Below are positions 11,983 to 28,000 of a stretch of 64,000 nucleotides of DNA, in pieces. Source of the stretch: Auanema rhodensis (taxonomy: Eukaryota > Animalia > Nematoda). Both the position numbers and the translations under genes were made by a program. Every line of letters begins with the position of its first letter. The first letter of the stretch is position 1. The notes beneath the pieces were generated by a model. The model did no database searches. It was not told the origin of the DNA and worked only from the letters and a program-made list of their open reading frames with translations. The stretch covers positions 7,750,001 to 7,814,000 of the forward strand of contig OZ059900.1 of the NCBI GenBank assembly GCA_964057225.1. The letters are read 5' to 3'.

Positions 11983-14766
11983 CTCAAAACGCCATATATT
12001 CAACGATTTTGGGTACAAAACATGTGAAAACTGTATGTTTTGATCAGACCCTTTGAGATATGGATTTAAAATTCAGGATTCATAAAATTCGACTATTTTT
12101 ACATATATATGTCCAATTTTAACCACTTTGGTCAAAAAGGACCGAAAATATCAAGAATTATTGGTTTTTTGGGGTTTGAAGGGCATTTTGGCAAAATCAG
12201 TCAAACTTTTGATCTTAAGCATATTTTTTTCTTCTAAAACGACTAAATGTATGAAATACTGTCAAAGAATGTTCATATAGGTGTATTTTGCACGAATATC
12301 AAAACTGATTGAAATATGGGCCTTTTTATGTTCAAAACGCCATATATTCAACGATTTTGGGTACAAAACATGTGAAAACTGTATGTTTTGATCAGACCCT
12401 TTGAGATATGGATTTGAAATTCAGGATTCATAAACTTCGACTATTTTTACATATATATGTCCAATTTTAACCACTTTGGTCGAAAAGGACCGAAAATATC
12501 AAGAATTATTGGTTTTTTGGGGATTGAAGGGCATTTTGGCAAAATCAGTCAAACTTTTGATCTTAAGCATATTTTTTTCTTCTAAAACGACTAAATGTAT
12601 GAAATACTGTCATAGAATGTTCATATAGGTGTATTTTGCACGAATATCAAAACTGATTGAAATATGGGCCTTTTTATGTTCAAAACGCCATATATTCAAC
12701 GATTTTGGGTACAAAACATGTGAAAACTGTATGTTTTGATCAGACCCTTTGAGATATGGATTTGAAATTCAGGATTCATAAACTTTGACTATTTTTACAC
12801 ATATATGTCCAATTTTAACCACTTTGGTCAAAAAGGACCGAAAATATCAAGAATTATTGGTTTTTTGGGGATTGAAGGGCATTTTGGCAAAATCAGTCAA
12901 ACTTTTGATCTTAAGCATATTTTTTTCTTCTAAAACGACTAAATGTATGAAATACTGTCATAGAATGTTCATATAGGTGTATTTTGCACAAATATCAAAA
13001 CTGATTGAAATATGGGCCTTTTTATGTTCAAAACGCCATATATTCAACGATTTTGGGTACAAAACATGTGAAAACTGTATGTTTTGATCAGACCCTTTGA
13101 GATATGGATTTGAAATTCAGGATTCATAAACTTCGACTATTTTTACATATATATGTCCAATTTTAACCACTTTGGTCGAAAAGGACCGAAAATATCAAGA
13201 ATTATTGGTTTTTTGGGGATTGAAGGGCATTTTGGCAAAATCAGTCAAACTTTTGATCTTAAGCATATTTTTTTCTTCTAAAACGACTAAATGTATGAAA
13301 TACTGTCATAGAATGTTCATATAGGTGTATTTTGCACGAATATCAAAACTGATTGAAATATGGGCCTTTTTATGCTCAAAACGCCATATATTCAACGATT
13401 TTGGGTACAAAACATGTGAAAACTGTATGTTTTGATCAGACCCTTTGAGATATGGATTTAAAATTCAGGATTCATAAAATTCGACTATTTTTACATATAT
13501 ATGTCCAATTTTAACCACTTTGGTCAAAAAGGACCGAAAATATCAAGAATTATTGGTTTTTTGGGGTTTGAAGGGCATTTTGGCAAAATCAGTCAAACTT
13601 TTGATCTTAAGCATATTTTTTTCTTCTAAAACGACTAAATGTATGAAATACTGTCAAAGAATGTTCATATAGGTGTATTTTGCACGAATATCAAAACTGA
13701 TTGAAATATGGGCCTTTTTATGTTCAAAACGCCATATATTCAACGATTTTGGGTACAAAACATGTGAAAACTGTATGTTTTGATCAGACCCTTTGAGATA
13801 TGGATTTGAAATTCAGGATTCATAAACTTCGACTATTTTTACATATATATGTCCAATTTTAACCACTTTGGTCGAAAAGGACCGAAAATATCAAGAATTA
13901 TTGGTTTTTTGGGGATTGAAGGGCATTTTGGCAAAATCAGTCAAACTTTTGATCTTAAGCATATTTTTTTCTTCTAAAACGACTAAATGTATGAAATACT
14001 GTCATAGAATGTTCATATAGGTGTATTTTGCACGAATATCAAAACTGATTGAAATATGGGCCTTTTTATGTTCAAAACGCCATATATTCAACGATTTTGG
14101 GTACAAAACATGTGAAAACTGTATGTTTTGATCAGACCCTTTGAGATATGGATTTGAAATTCAGGATTCATAAACTTTGACTATTTTTACACATATATGT
14201 CCAATTTTAACCACTTTGGTCAAAAAGGACCGAAAATATCAAGAATTATTGGTTTTTTGGGGATTGAAGGGCATTTTGGCAAAATCAGTCAAACTTTTGA
14301 TCTTAAGCATATTTTTTTCTTCTAAAACGACTAAATGTATGAAATACTGTCATAGAATGTTCATATAGGTGTATTTTGCACAAATATCAAAACTGATTGA
14401 AATATGGGCCTTTTTATGTTCAAAACGCCATATATTCAACGATTTTGGGTACAAAACATGTGAAAACTGTATGTTTTGATCAGACCCTTTGAGATATGGA
14501 TTTGAAATTCAGGATTCATAAACTTCGACTATTTTTACATATATATGTCCAATTTTAACCACTTTGGTCGAAAAGGACCGAAAATATCAAGAATTATTGG
14601 TTTTTTGGGGATTGAAGGGCATTTTGGCAAAATCAGTCAAACTTTTGATCTTAAGCATATTTTTTTCTTCTAAAACGACTAAATGTATGAAATACTGTCA
14701 TAGAATGTTCATATAGGTGTATTTTGCACGAATATCAAAACTGATTGAAATATGGGCCTTTTTATG
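11983..14766 (+). repeat. Tandem duplication of a 4-monomer block (A'-B-D*-B), 1392-bp period
   Basis: A private T>C (TTTACACATAT) is seen only at 12800 and 14192, and the subtype order matches. Confidence 0.9.
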
Positions 14767-17202
14767 TTCAAAACGCCATATATTCAACGATTTTGGGTAC
14801 AAAACATGTGAAAACTGTATGTTTTGATCAGACCCTTTGAGATATGGATTTGGAATTCAGGATTCATAAACTTTGACTATTTTTACATATATATGTTCAA
14901 TTTTAACCACTTTGGTCAAAAAGGACCGAAAATATCAAGAATTATTGGTTTTTTGGGGTTTGAAGGGCATTTTGGCTAAATCAGTCAAACTTTTGATCTT
15001 AAGCATATTTTTTTCTTCTAAAACGACTAAATGTATGAAATACTGTCATAGAATGTTCATATAGGTGTATTTTGCACGAATATCAAAACTGATTGAAATA
15101 TGGGCCTTTTTATGTTCAAAACGCCATATATTCAACGATTTTGGGTACAAAACATGTGAAAACTGTATGTTTTGATCAGACCCTTTGAGATATGGATTTG
15201 AAATTCAGGATTCATAAACTTTGACTATTTTTACATATATATGTCCAATTTTAACCACTTTGGTCAAAAAGGACCGAAAATATCAAGAATTATTGGTTTT
15301 TTGGGGATTGAAGGGCATTTTGGCAAAATCAGTCAAACTTTTGATCTTAAGCATATTTTTTTCTTCTAAAACGACTAAATGTATGAAATACTGTCATAGA
15401 ATGTTCATATAGGTGTATTTTGCACAAATATCAAAACTGATTGAAATATGGGCCTTTTTATGCTCAAAACGCCATATATTCAACGATTTTGGGTACAAAA
15501 CATGTGAAAACGGTATGTTTTGATCAGACCCTTTGAGATATGGATTTGAAATTCAGGATTCATAAACTTCGACTATTTCTACATATATATGTCCAATTTT
15601 AACCACTTTGGTCAAAAAGGACCGAAAATATCAAGAATTATTGGTTTTTTGGGGTTTGAAGGGCATTTTGGCAAAATCAGTCAAACTTTTGATCTTAAGC
15701 ATATTTTTTTCTTCTAAAACGACTAAATGTATGAAATACTGTCAAAGAATGTTCATATAGGTGTATTTTGCACGAATATCAAAACTGATTGAAATATGGG
15801 CCTTTTTATGCTCAAAACGCCATATATTCAACGATTTTGGGTACAAAACATGTGAAAACTGTATGTTTTGATCAGACCCTTTGAGATATGGATTTAAAAT
15901 TCAGGATTCATAAACTTTGACTATTTTTACATATATATGTCCAATTTTAACCACTTTGGTCAAAAAGGACCGAAAATATCAAGAATTATTGGTTTTTTGG
16001 GGATTGAAGGGCATTTTGGCAAAATCAGTCAAACTTTTGATCTTAAGCATATTTTTTTCTTCTAAAACGACTAAATGTATGAAATACTGTCATAGAATGT
16101 TCATATAGGTGTATTTTGCACAAATATCAAAACTGATTGAAATATGGGCCTTTTTATGCTCAAAACGCCATATATTCAACGATTTTGGGTACAAAACATG
16201 TGAAAACGGTATGTTTTGATCAGACCCTTTGAGATATGGATTTGAAATTCAGGATTCATAAACTTCGACTATTTCTACATATATATGTCCAATTTTAACC
16301 ACTTTGGTCAAAAAGGACCGAAAATATCAAGAATTATTGGTTTTTTGGGGTTTGAAGGGCATTTTGGCAAAATCAGTCAAACTTTTGATCTTAAGCATAT
16401 TTTTTTCTTCTAAAACGACTAAATGTATGAAATACTGTCAAAGAATGTTCATATAGGTGTATTTTGCACGAATATCAAAACTGATTGAAATATGGGCCTT
16501 TTTATGCTCAAAACGCCATATATTCAACGATTTTGGGTACAAAACATGTGAAAACTGTATGTTTTGATCAGACCCTTTGAGATATGGATTTAAAATTCAG
16601 GATTCATAAAATTCGACTATTTTTACATATATATGTCCAATTTTAACCACTTTGGTCAAAAAGGACCGAAAATATCAAGAATTATTGGTTTTTTGGGGTT
16701 TGAAGGGCATTTTGGCAAAATCAGTCAAACTTTTGATCTTAAGCATATTTTTTTCTTCTAAAACGACTAAATGTATGAAATACTGTCATAGAATGTTCAT
16801 ATAGGTGTATTTTGCACGAATATCAAAACTGATTGAAATATGGGCCTTTTTATGCTCAAAACGCCATATATTCAACGATTTTGGGTACAAAACATGTGAA
16901 AACTGTATGTTTTGATCAGACCCTTTGAGATATGGATTTGAAATTCAGGATTCATAAACTTCGACTATTTCTACATATATATGTCCAATTTTAACCACTT
17001 TGGTCAAAAAGAACCGAAAATATCAAGAATTATTGGTTTTTTGGGGTTTGAAGGGCATTTTGGCAAAATCAGTCAAACTTTTGATCTTAAGCATATTTTT
17101 TTCTTCTAAAACGACTAAATGTATGAAATACTGTCATAGAATGTTCATATAGGTGTATTTTGCACGAATATCAAAACTGATTGAAATATGGGCCTTTTTA
17201 TG

Positions 17203-20200
17203 TTCAAAACGCCATATATTCAACGATTTTGGGTACAAAACATGTGAAAACTGTATGTTTTGATCAGACCCTTTGAGATATGGATTTGAAATTCAGGATT
17301 CATAAACTTTGACTATTTTTACATATATATGTCCAATTTTAACCACTTTGGTCAAAAAGGACCGAAAATATCAAGAATTATTGGTTTTTTGGGGATTGAA
17401 GGGCATTTTGGCAAAATCAGTCAAACTTTTGCTCTTAAGCATATTTTTTTCTTCTAAAACGACTAAATGTATGAAATACTGTCATAGAATGTTCATATAG
17501 GTGTATTTTGCACAAATATCAAAACTGATTGAAATATGGGCCTTTTTATGCTCAAAACGCCATATATTCAACGATTTTGGGTACAAAACATGTGAAAACA
17601 GTATGTTTTGATCAGACCCTTTGAGATATGGATTTGAAATTCAGGATTCATAAACTTCGACTATTTCTACATATATATGTCCAATTTTAACCACTTTGGT
17701 CAAAAAGGACCGAAAATATCAAGAATTATTGGTTTTTTGGGGTTTGAAGGGCATTTTGGCAAAATCAGTCAAACTTTTGATCTTAAGCATATTTTTTTCT
17801 TCTAAAACGACTAAATGTATGAAATACTGTCAAAGAATGTTCATATAGGTGTATTTTGCACGAATATCAAAACTGATTGAAATATGGGCCTTTTTATGCT
17901 CAAAACGCCATATATTCAACGATTTTGGGTACAAAACATGTGAAAACTGTATGTTTTGATCAGACCCTTTGAGATATGGATTTAAAATTCAGGATTCATA
18001 AAATTCGACTATTTTTACATATATATGTCCAATTTTAACCACTTTGGTCAAAAAGGACCGAAAATATCAAGAATTATTGGTTTTTTGGGGTTTGAAGGGC
18101 ATTTTGGCAAAATCAGTCAAACTTTTGATCTTAAGCATATTTTTTTCTTCTAAAACGACTAAATGTATGAAATACTGTCATAGAATGTTCATATAGGTGT
18201 ATTTTGCACGAATATCAAAACTGATTGAAATATGGGCCTTTTTATGCTCAAAACGCCATATATTCAACGATTTTGGGTACAAAACATGTGAAAACTGTAT
18301 GTTTTGATCAGACCCTTTGAGATATGGATTTGAAATTCTGGATTCATAAACTTCGACTATTTCTACATATATATGTCCAATTTTAACCACTTTGGTCAAA
18401 AAGAACCGAAAATATCAAGAATTATTGGTTTTTTGGGGTTTGAAGGGCATTTTGGCAAAATCAGTCAAACTTTTGATCTTAAGCATATTTTTTTCTTCTA
18501 AAACGACTAAATGTATGAAATACTGTCATAGAATGTTCATATAGGTGTATTTTGCACGAATATCAAAACTGATTGAAATATGGGCCTTTTTATGTTCAAA
18601 ACGCCATATATTCAACGATTTTGGGTACAAAACATGTGAAAACTGTATGTTTTGATCAGACCCTTTGAGATATGGATTTGAAATTCAGGATTCATAAACT
18701 TTGACTATTTTTACATATATATGTCCAATTTTAACCACTTTGGTCAAAAAGGACCGAAAATATCAAGAATTATTGGTTTTTTGGGGATTGAAGGGCATTT
18801 TGGCAAAATCAGTCAAACTTTTGCTCTTAAGCATATTTTTTTCTTCTAAAACGACTAAATGTATGAAATACTGTCATAGAATGTTCATATAGGTGTATTT
18901 TGCACGAATATCAAAACTGATTGAAATATGGGCCTTTTTATGCTCAAAACGCCATATATTCAACGATTTTGGGTACAAAACATGTGAAAACTGTATGTTT
19001 TGATCAGACCCTTTGAGATATGGATTTAAAATTCAGGATTCATAAAATTCGACTATTTTTACATATATATGTCCAATTTTAACCACTTTGGTCAAAAAGG
19101 ACCGAAAATATCAAGAATTATTGGTTTTTTGGGGTTTGAAGGGCATTTTGGCAAAATCAGTCAAACTTTTGATCTTAAGCATATTTTTTTCTTCTAAAAC
19201 GACTAAATGTATGAAATACTGTCAAAGAATGTTCATATAGGTGTATTTTGCACGAATATCAAAACTGATTGAAATATGGGCCTTTTTATGTTCAAAACGC
19301 CATATATTCAACGATTTTGGGTACAAAACATGTGAAAACTGTATGTTTTGATCAGACCCTTTGAGATATGGATTTGAAATTCAGGATTCATAAACTTCGA
19401 CTATTTTTACATATATATGTCCAATTTTAACCACTTTGGTCGAAAAGGACCGAAAATATCAAGAATTATTGGTTTTTTGGGGTTTGAAGGGCATTTTGGC
19501 AAAATCAGTCAAACTTTTGATCTTAAGCATATTTTTTTCTTCTAAAACGACTAAATGTATGAAATACTGTCATAGAATGTTCATATAGGTGTATTTTGCA
19601 CGAATATCAAAACTGATTGAAATATGGGCCTTTTTATGTTCAAAACGCCATATATTCAACGATTTTGGGTACAAAACATGTGAAAACTGTATGTTTTGAT
19701 CAGACCCTTTGAGATATGGATTTGAAATTCAGGATTCATAAACTTTGACTATTTTTACATATATATGTCCAATTTTAACCACTTTGGTCAAAAAGGACCG
19801 AAAATATCAAGAATTATTGGTTTTTTGGGGATTGAAGGGCATTTTGGCAAAATCAGTCAAACTTTTGCTCTTAAGCATATTTTTTTCTTCTAAAACGACT
19901 AAATGTATGAAATACTGTCATAGAATGTTCATATAGGTGTATTTTGCACAAATATCAAAACTGATTGAAATATGGGCCTTTTTATGCTCAAAACGCCATA
20001 TATTCAACGATTTTGGGTACAAAACATGTGAAAACAGTATGTTTTGATCAGACCCTTTGAGATATGGATTTGAAATTCAGGATTCATAAACTTCGACTAT
20101 TTCTACATATATATGTCCAATTTTAACCACTTTGGTCAAAAAGGACCGAAAATATCAAGAATTATTGGTTTTTTGGGGTTTGAAGGGCATTTTGGCAAAA

Positions 20201-22074
20201 TCAGTCAAACTTTTGATCTTAAGCATATTTTTTTCTTCTAAAACGACTAAATGTATGAAATACTGTCAAAGAATGTTCATATAGGTGTATTTTGCACGAA
20301 TATCAAAACTGATTGAAATATGGGCCTTTTTATGCTCAAAACGCCATATATTCAACGATTTTGGGTACAAAACATGTGAAAACTGTATGTTTTGATCAGA
20401 CCCTTTGAGATATGGATTTAAAATTCAGGATTCATAAAATTCGACTATTTTTACATATATATGTCCAATTTTAACCACTTTGGTCAAAAAGGACCGAAAA
20501 TATCAAGAATTATTGGTTTTTTGGGGTTTGAAGGGCATTTTGGCAAAATCAGTCAAACTTTTGATCTTAAGCATATTTTTTTCTTCTAAAACGACTAAAT
20601 GTATGAAATACTGTCATAGAATGTTCATATAGGTGTATTTTGCACGAATATCAAAACTGATTGAAATATGGGCCTTTTTATGCTCAAAACGCCATATATT
20701 CAACGATTTTGGGTACAAAACATGTGAAAACTGTATGTTTTGATCAGACCCTTTGAGATATGGATTTGAAATTCAGGATTCATAAACTTCGACTATTTCT
20801 ACATATATATGTCCAATTTTAACCACTTTGGTCAAAAAGAACCGAAAATATCAAGAATTATTGGTTTTTTGGGGTTTGAAGGGCATTTTGGCAAAATCAG
20901 TCAAACTTTTGATCTTAAGCATATTTTTTTCTTCTAAAACGACTAAATGTATGAAATACTGTCATAGAATGTTCATATAGGTGTATTTTGCACGAATATC
21001 AAAACTGATTGAAATATGGGCCTTTTTATGTTCAAAACGCCATATATTCAACGATTTTGGGTACAAAACATGTGAAAACTGTATGTTTTGATCAGACCCT
21101 TTGAGATATGGATTTGAAATTCAGGATTCATAAACTTTGACTATTTTTACATATATATGTCCAATTTTAACCACTTTGGTCAAAAAGGACCGAAAATATC
21201 AAGAATTATTGGTTTTTTGGGGATTGAAGGGCATTTTGGCAAAATCAGTCAAACTTTTGCTCTTAAGCATATTTTTTTCTTCTAAAACGACTAAATGTAT
21301 GAAATACTGTCATAGAATGTTCATATAGGTGTATTTTGCACGAATATCAAAACTGATTGAAATATGGGCCTTTTTATGCTCAAAACGCCATATATTCAAC
21401 GATTTTGGGTACAAAACATGTGAAAACTGTATGTTTTGATCAGACCCTTTGAGATATGGATTTAAAATTCAGGATTCATAAAATTCGACTATTTTTACAT
21501 ATATATGTCCAATTTTAACCACTTTGGTCAAAAAGGACCGAAAATATCAAGAATTATTGGTTTTTTGGGGTTTGAAGGGCATTTTGGCAAAATCAGTCAA
21601 ACTTTTGATCTTAAGCATATTTTTTTCTTCTAAAACGACTAAATGTATGAAATACTGTCAAAGAATGTTCATATAGGTGTATTTTGCACGAATATCAAAA
21701 CTGATTGAAATATGGGCCTTTTTATGTTCAAAACGCCATATATTCAACGATTTTGGGTACAAAACATGTGAAAACTGTATGTTTTGATCAGACCCTTTGA
21801 GATATGGATTTGAAATTCAGGATTCATAAACTTCGACTATTTTTACATATATATGTCCAATTTTAACCACTTTGGTCGAAAAGGACCGAAAATATCAAGA
21901 ATTATTGGTTTTTTGGGGATTGAAGGGCATTTTGGCAAAATCAGTCAAACTTTTGATCTTAAGCATATTTTTTTCTTCTAAAACGACTAAATGTATGAAA
22001 TACTGTCATAGAATGTTCATATAGGTGTATTTTGCACGAATATCAAAACTGATTGAAATATGGGCCTTTTTATG
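17203..22074 (+). repeat. Tandem duplication of a 7-monomer block, 2436-bp period
   Basis: A private AAAACAGT variant occurs at 17600 and 20036. GCTCT ORFs pair as 17309/19745 and 18701/21137, all 2436 apart. Confidence 0.9.
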
Positions 22075-25000
22075 TTCAAAACGCCATATATTCAACGATT
22101 TTGGGTACAAAACATGTGAAAACTGTATGTTTTGATCAGACCCTTTGAGATATGGATTTGAAATTCAGGATTCATAAACTTTGACTATTTTTACATATAT
22201 ATGTCCAATTTTAACCACTTTGGTCAAAAAGGACCGAAAATATCAAGAATTATTGGTTTTTTGGGGATTGAAGGGCATTTTGGCAAAATCAGTCAAACTT
22301 TTGATCTTAAGCATATTTTTTTCTTCTAAAACGACTAAATGTATGAAATACTGTCATAGAATGTTCATATAGGTGTATTTTGCACAAATATCAAAACTGA
22401 TTGAAATATGGGCCTTTTTATGCTCAAAACGCCATATATTCAACGATTTTGGGTACAAAACATGTGAAAACGGTATGTTTTGATCAGACCCTTTGAGATA
22501 TGGATTTGAAATTCAGGATTCATAAACTTCGACTATTTCTACATATATATGTCCAATTTTAACCACTTTGGTCAAAAAGGACCGAAAATATCAAGAATTA
22601 TTGGTTTTTTGGGGTTTGAAGGGCATTTTGGCAAAATCAGTCAAACTTTTGATCTTAAGCATATTTTTTTCTTCTAAAACGACTAAATGTATGAAATACT
22701 GTCAAAGAATGTTCATATAGGTGTATTTTGCACGAATATCAAAACTGATTGAAATATGGGCCTTTTTATGCTCAAAACGCCATATATTCAACGATTTTGG
22801 GTACAAAACATGTGAAAACTGTATGTTTTGATCAGACCCTTTGAGATATGGATTTAAAATTCAGGATTCATAAAATTCGACTATTTTTACATATATATGT
22901 CCAATTTTAACCACTTTGGTCAAAAAGGACCGAAAATATCAAGAATTATTGGTTTTTTGGGGTTTGAAGGGCATTTTGGCAAAATCAGTCAAACTTTTGA
23001 TCTTAAGCATATTTTTTTCTTCTAAAACGACTAAATGTATGAAATACTGTCATAGAATGTTCATATAGGTGTATTTTGCACGAATATCAAAACTGATTGA
23101 AATATGGGCCTTTTTATGCTCAAAACGCCATATATTCAACGATTTTGGGTACAAAACATGTGAAAACTGTATGTTTTGATCAGACCCTTTGAGATATGGA
23201 TTTGAAATTCAGGATTCATAAACTTCGACTATTTCTACATATATATGTCCAATTTTAACCACTTTGGTCAAAAAGGACCGAAAATATCAAGAATTATTGG
23301 TTTTTTGGGGTTTGAAGGGCATTTTGGCAAAATCAGTCAAACTTTTGATCTTAAGCATATTTTTTTTTCTAAAACGACTAAATGTATGAAATACTGTCAA
23401 AGAATGTTCATATAGGTGTATTTTGCACGAATATCAAAACTGATTGAAATATGGGCCTTTTTATGTTCAAAACGCCATATATTCAACGATTTTGGGTACA
23501 AAACATGTGAAAACTGTATGTTTTGATCAGACCCTTTGAGATATGGATTTGAAATTCAGGATTCATAAACTTCGACTATTTTTACATATATATGTCCAAT
23601 TTTAACCACTTTGGTCGAAAAGGACCGAAAATATCAAGAATTATTGGTTTTTTGGGGATTGAAGGGCATTTTGGCAAAATCAGTCAAACTTTTGATCTTA
23701 AGCATATTTTTTTCTTCTAAAACGACTAAATGTATGAAATACTGTCATAGAATGTTCATATAGGTGTATTTTGCACAAATATCAAAACTGATTGAAATAT
23801 GGGCCTTTTTATGCTCAAAACGCCATATATTCAACGATTTTGGGTACAAAACATGTGAAAACTGTATGTTTTGATCAGACCCTTTGAGATATGGATTTGA
23901 AATTCAGGATTCATAAACTTTGACTATTTTTACATATATATGTCCAATTTTAACCACTTTGGTCAAAAAGGACCGAAAATATCAAGAATTATTGGTTTTT
24001 TGGGGTTTGAAGGGCATTTTGGCTAAATCAGTCAAACTTTTGATCTTAAGCATATTTTTTTCTTCTAAAACGACTAAATGTATGAAATACTGTCAAAGAA
24101 TGTTCATATAGGTGTATTTTGCACGAATATCAAAACTGATTGAAATATGGGCCTTTTTATGCTCAAAACGCCATATATTCAACGATTTTGGGTACAAAAC
24201 ATGTGAAAACTGTATGTTTTGATCAGACCCTTTGAGATATGGATTTAAAATTCAGGATTCATAAAATTCGACTATTTTTACATATATATGTCCAATTTTA
24301 ACCACTTTGGTCAAAAAGGACCGAAAATATCAAGAATTATTGGTTTTTTGGGGTTTGAAGGGCATTTTGGCAAAATCAGTCAAACTTTTGATCTTAAGCA
24401 TATTTTTTTCTTCTAAAACGACTAAATGTATGAAATACTGTCAAAGAATGTTCATATAGGTGTATTTTGCACGAATATCAAAACTGATTGAAATATGGGC
24501 CTTTTTATGTTCAAAACGCCATATATTCAACGATTTTGGGTACAAAACATGTGAAAACTGTATGTTTTGATCAGACCCTTTGAGATATGGATTTGAAATT
24601 CAGGATTCATAAACTTCGACTATTTTTACATATATATGTCCAATTTTAACCACTTTGGTCGAAAAGGACCGAAAATATCAAGAATTATTGGTTTTTTGGG
24701 GATTGAAGGGCATTTTGGCAAAATCAGTCAAACTTTTGATCTTAAGCATATTTTTTTCTTCTAAAACGACTAAATGTATGAAATACTGTCATAGAATGTT
24801 CATATAGGTGTATTTTGCACGAATATCAAAACTGATTGAAATATGGGCCTTTTTATGTTCAAAACGCCATATATTCAACGATTTTGGGTACAAAACATGT
24901 GAAAACTGTATGTTTTGATCAGACCCTTTGAGATATGGATTTCGAATTCAGGATTCATAAACTTTGACTATTTTTACATATATATGTTCAATTTTAACCA

Positions 25001-28000
25001 CTTTGGTCAAAAAGGACCGAAAATATCAAGAATTATTGGTTTTTTGGGGTTTGAAGGGCATTTTGGCTAAATCAGTCAAACTTTTGATCTTAAGCATATT
25101 TTTTTCTTCTAAAACGACTAAATGTATGAAATACTGTCATAGAATGTTCATATAGGTGTATTTTGCACGAATATCAAAACTGATTGAAATATGGGCCTTT
25201 TTATGTTCAAAACGCCATATATTCAACGATTTTGGGTACAAAACATGTGAAAACTGTATGTTTTGATCAGACCCTTTGAGATATGGATTTGAAATTCAGG
25301 ATTCATAAACTTCGACTATTTCTACATATATATGTCCAATTTTAACCACTTTGGTCAAAAAGGACCGAAAATATCAAGAATTATTGGTTTTTTGGGGTTT
25401 GAAGGGCATTTTGGCAAAATCAGTCAAACTTTTGATCTTAAGCATATTTTTTTTTCTAAAACGACTAAATGTATGAAATACTGTCAAAGAATGTTCATAT
25501 AGGTGTATTTTGCACGAATATCAAAACTGATTGAAATATGGGCCTTTTTATGCTCAAAACGCCATATATTCAACGATTTTGGGTACAAAACATGTGAAAA
25601 CTGTATGTTTTGATCAGACCCTTTGAGATATGGATTTGAAATTCAGGATTCATAAACTTTGACTATTTTTACATATATATGTTCAATTTTAACCACTTTG
25701 GTCAAAAAGGACCGAAAATATCAAGAATTATTGGTTTTTTGGGGTTTGAAGGGCATTTTGGCAAAATCAGTCAAACTTTTGATCTTAAGCATTATTTTTT
25801 CTTCTAAAACGACTAAATGTATGAAATACTGTCATAGAATGTTCATATAGGTGTATTTTGCACGAATATCAAAACTGATTGAAATATGGGCCTTTTTATG
25901 TTCAAAACGCCATATATTCAACGATTTTGGGTACAAAACATGTGAAAACTGTATGTTTTGATCAGACCCTTTGAGATATGGATTTGAAATTCAGGATTCA
26001 TAAACTTTGACTATTTTTACATATATATGTCCAATTTTAACCACTTTGGTCAAAAAGGACCGAAAATATCAAGAATTATTGGTTTTTTGGGGATTGAAGG
26101 GCATTTTGGCAAAATCAGTCAAACTTTTGATCTTAAGCATATTTTTTTCTTCTAAAACGACTAAATGTATGAAATACTGTCATAGAATGTTCATATAGGT
26201 GTATTTTGCACGAATATCAAAACTGATTGAAATATGGGCCTTTTTATGCTCAAAACGCCATATATTCAACGATTTTGGGTACAAAACATGTGAAAACTGT
26301 ATGTTTTGATCAGACCCTTTGAGATATGGATTTGAAATTCAGGATTCATAAACTTTGACTATTTTTACATATATATGTTCAATTTTAACCACTTTGGTCA
26401 AAAAGGACCGAAAATATCAAGAATTATTGGTTTTTTGGGGATTGAAGGGCATTTTGGCAAAATCAGTCAAACTTTTGATCTTAAGCATATTTTTTTCTTC
26501 TAAAACGACTAAATGTATGAAATACTGTCATAGAATGTTCATATAGGTGTATTTTGCACAAATATCAAAACTGATTGAAATATGGGCCTTTTTATGCTCA
26601 AAACGCCATATATTCAACGATTTTGGGTACAAAACATGTGAAAACTGTATGTTTTGATCAGACCCTTTGAGATATGGATTTAAAATTCAGGATTCATAAA
26701 ATTCGACTATTTTTACATATATATGTCCAATTTTAACCACTTTGGTCAAAAAGGACCGAAAATATCAAGAATTATTGGTTTTTTGGGGTTTGAAGGGCAT
26801 TTTGGCAAAATCAGTCAAACTTTTGATCTTAAGCATATTTTTTTCTTCTAAAACGACTAAATGTATGAAATACTGTCAAAGAATGTTCATATAGGTGTAT
26901 TTTGCACGAATATCAAAACTGATTGAAATATGGGCCTTTTTATGCTCAAAACGCCATATATTCAACGATTTTGGGTACAAAACATGTGAAAACTGTATGT
27001 TTTGATCAGACCCTTTGAGATATGGATTTAAAATTCAGGATTCATAAAATTCGACTATTTTTACATATATATGTCCAATTTTAACCACTTTGGTCAAAAA
27101 GGACCGAAAATATCAAGAATTATTGGTTTTTTGGGGTTTGAAGGGCATTTTGGCAAAATCAGTCAAACTTTTGATCTTAAGCATATTTTTTTCTTCTAAA
27201 ACGACTAAATGTATGAAATACTGTCATAGAATGTTCATATAGGTGTATTTTGCACGAATATCAAAACTGATTGAAATATGGGCCTTTTTATGTTCAAAAC
27301 GCCATATATTCAACGATTTTGGGTACAAAACATGTGAAAACTGTATGTTTTGATCAGACCCTTTGAGATATGGATTTGAAATTCAGGATTCATAAACTTT
27401 GACTATTTTTACATATATATGTCCAATTTTAACCACTTTGGTCGAAAAGGACCGAAAATATCAAGAATTATTGGTTTTTTGGGGATTGAAGGGCATTTTG
27501 GCAAAATCAGTCAAACTTTTGATCTTAAGCATATTTTTTTCTTCTAAAACGACTAAATGTATGAAATACTGTCATAGAATGTTCATATAGGTGTATTTTG
27601 CACGAATATCAAAACTGATTGAAATATGGGCCTTTTTATGTTCAAAACGCCATATATTCAACGATTTTGGGTACAAAACATGTGAAAACTGTATGTTTTG
27701 ATCAGACCCTTTGAGATATGGATTTGGAATTCAGGATTCATAAACTTTGACTATTTTTACATATATATGTTCATTTTAACCACTTTGGTCAAAAAGGACC
27801 GAAAATATCAAGAATTATTGGTTTTTTGGGGTTTGAAGGGCATTTTGGCTAAATCAGTCAAACTTTTGATCTTAAGCATATTTTTTTCTTCTAAAACGAC
27901 TAAATGTATGAAATACTGTCATAGAATGTTCATATAGGTGTATTTTGCACGAATATCAAAACTGATTGAAATATGGGCCTTTTTATGTTCAAAACGCCAT

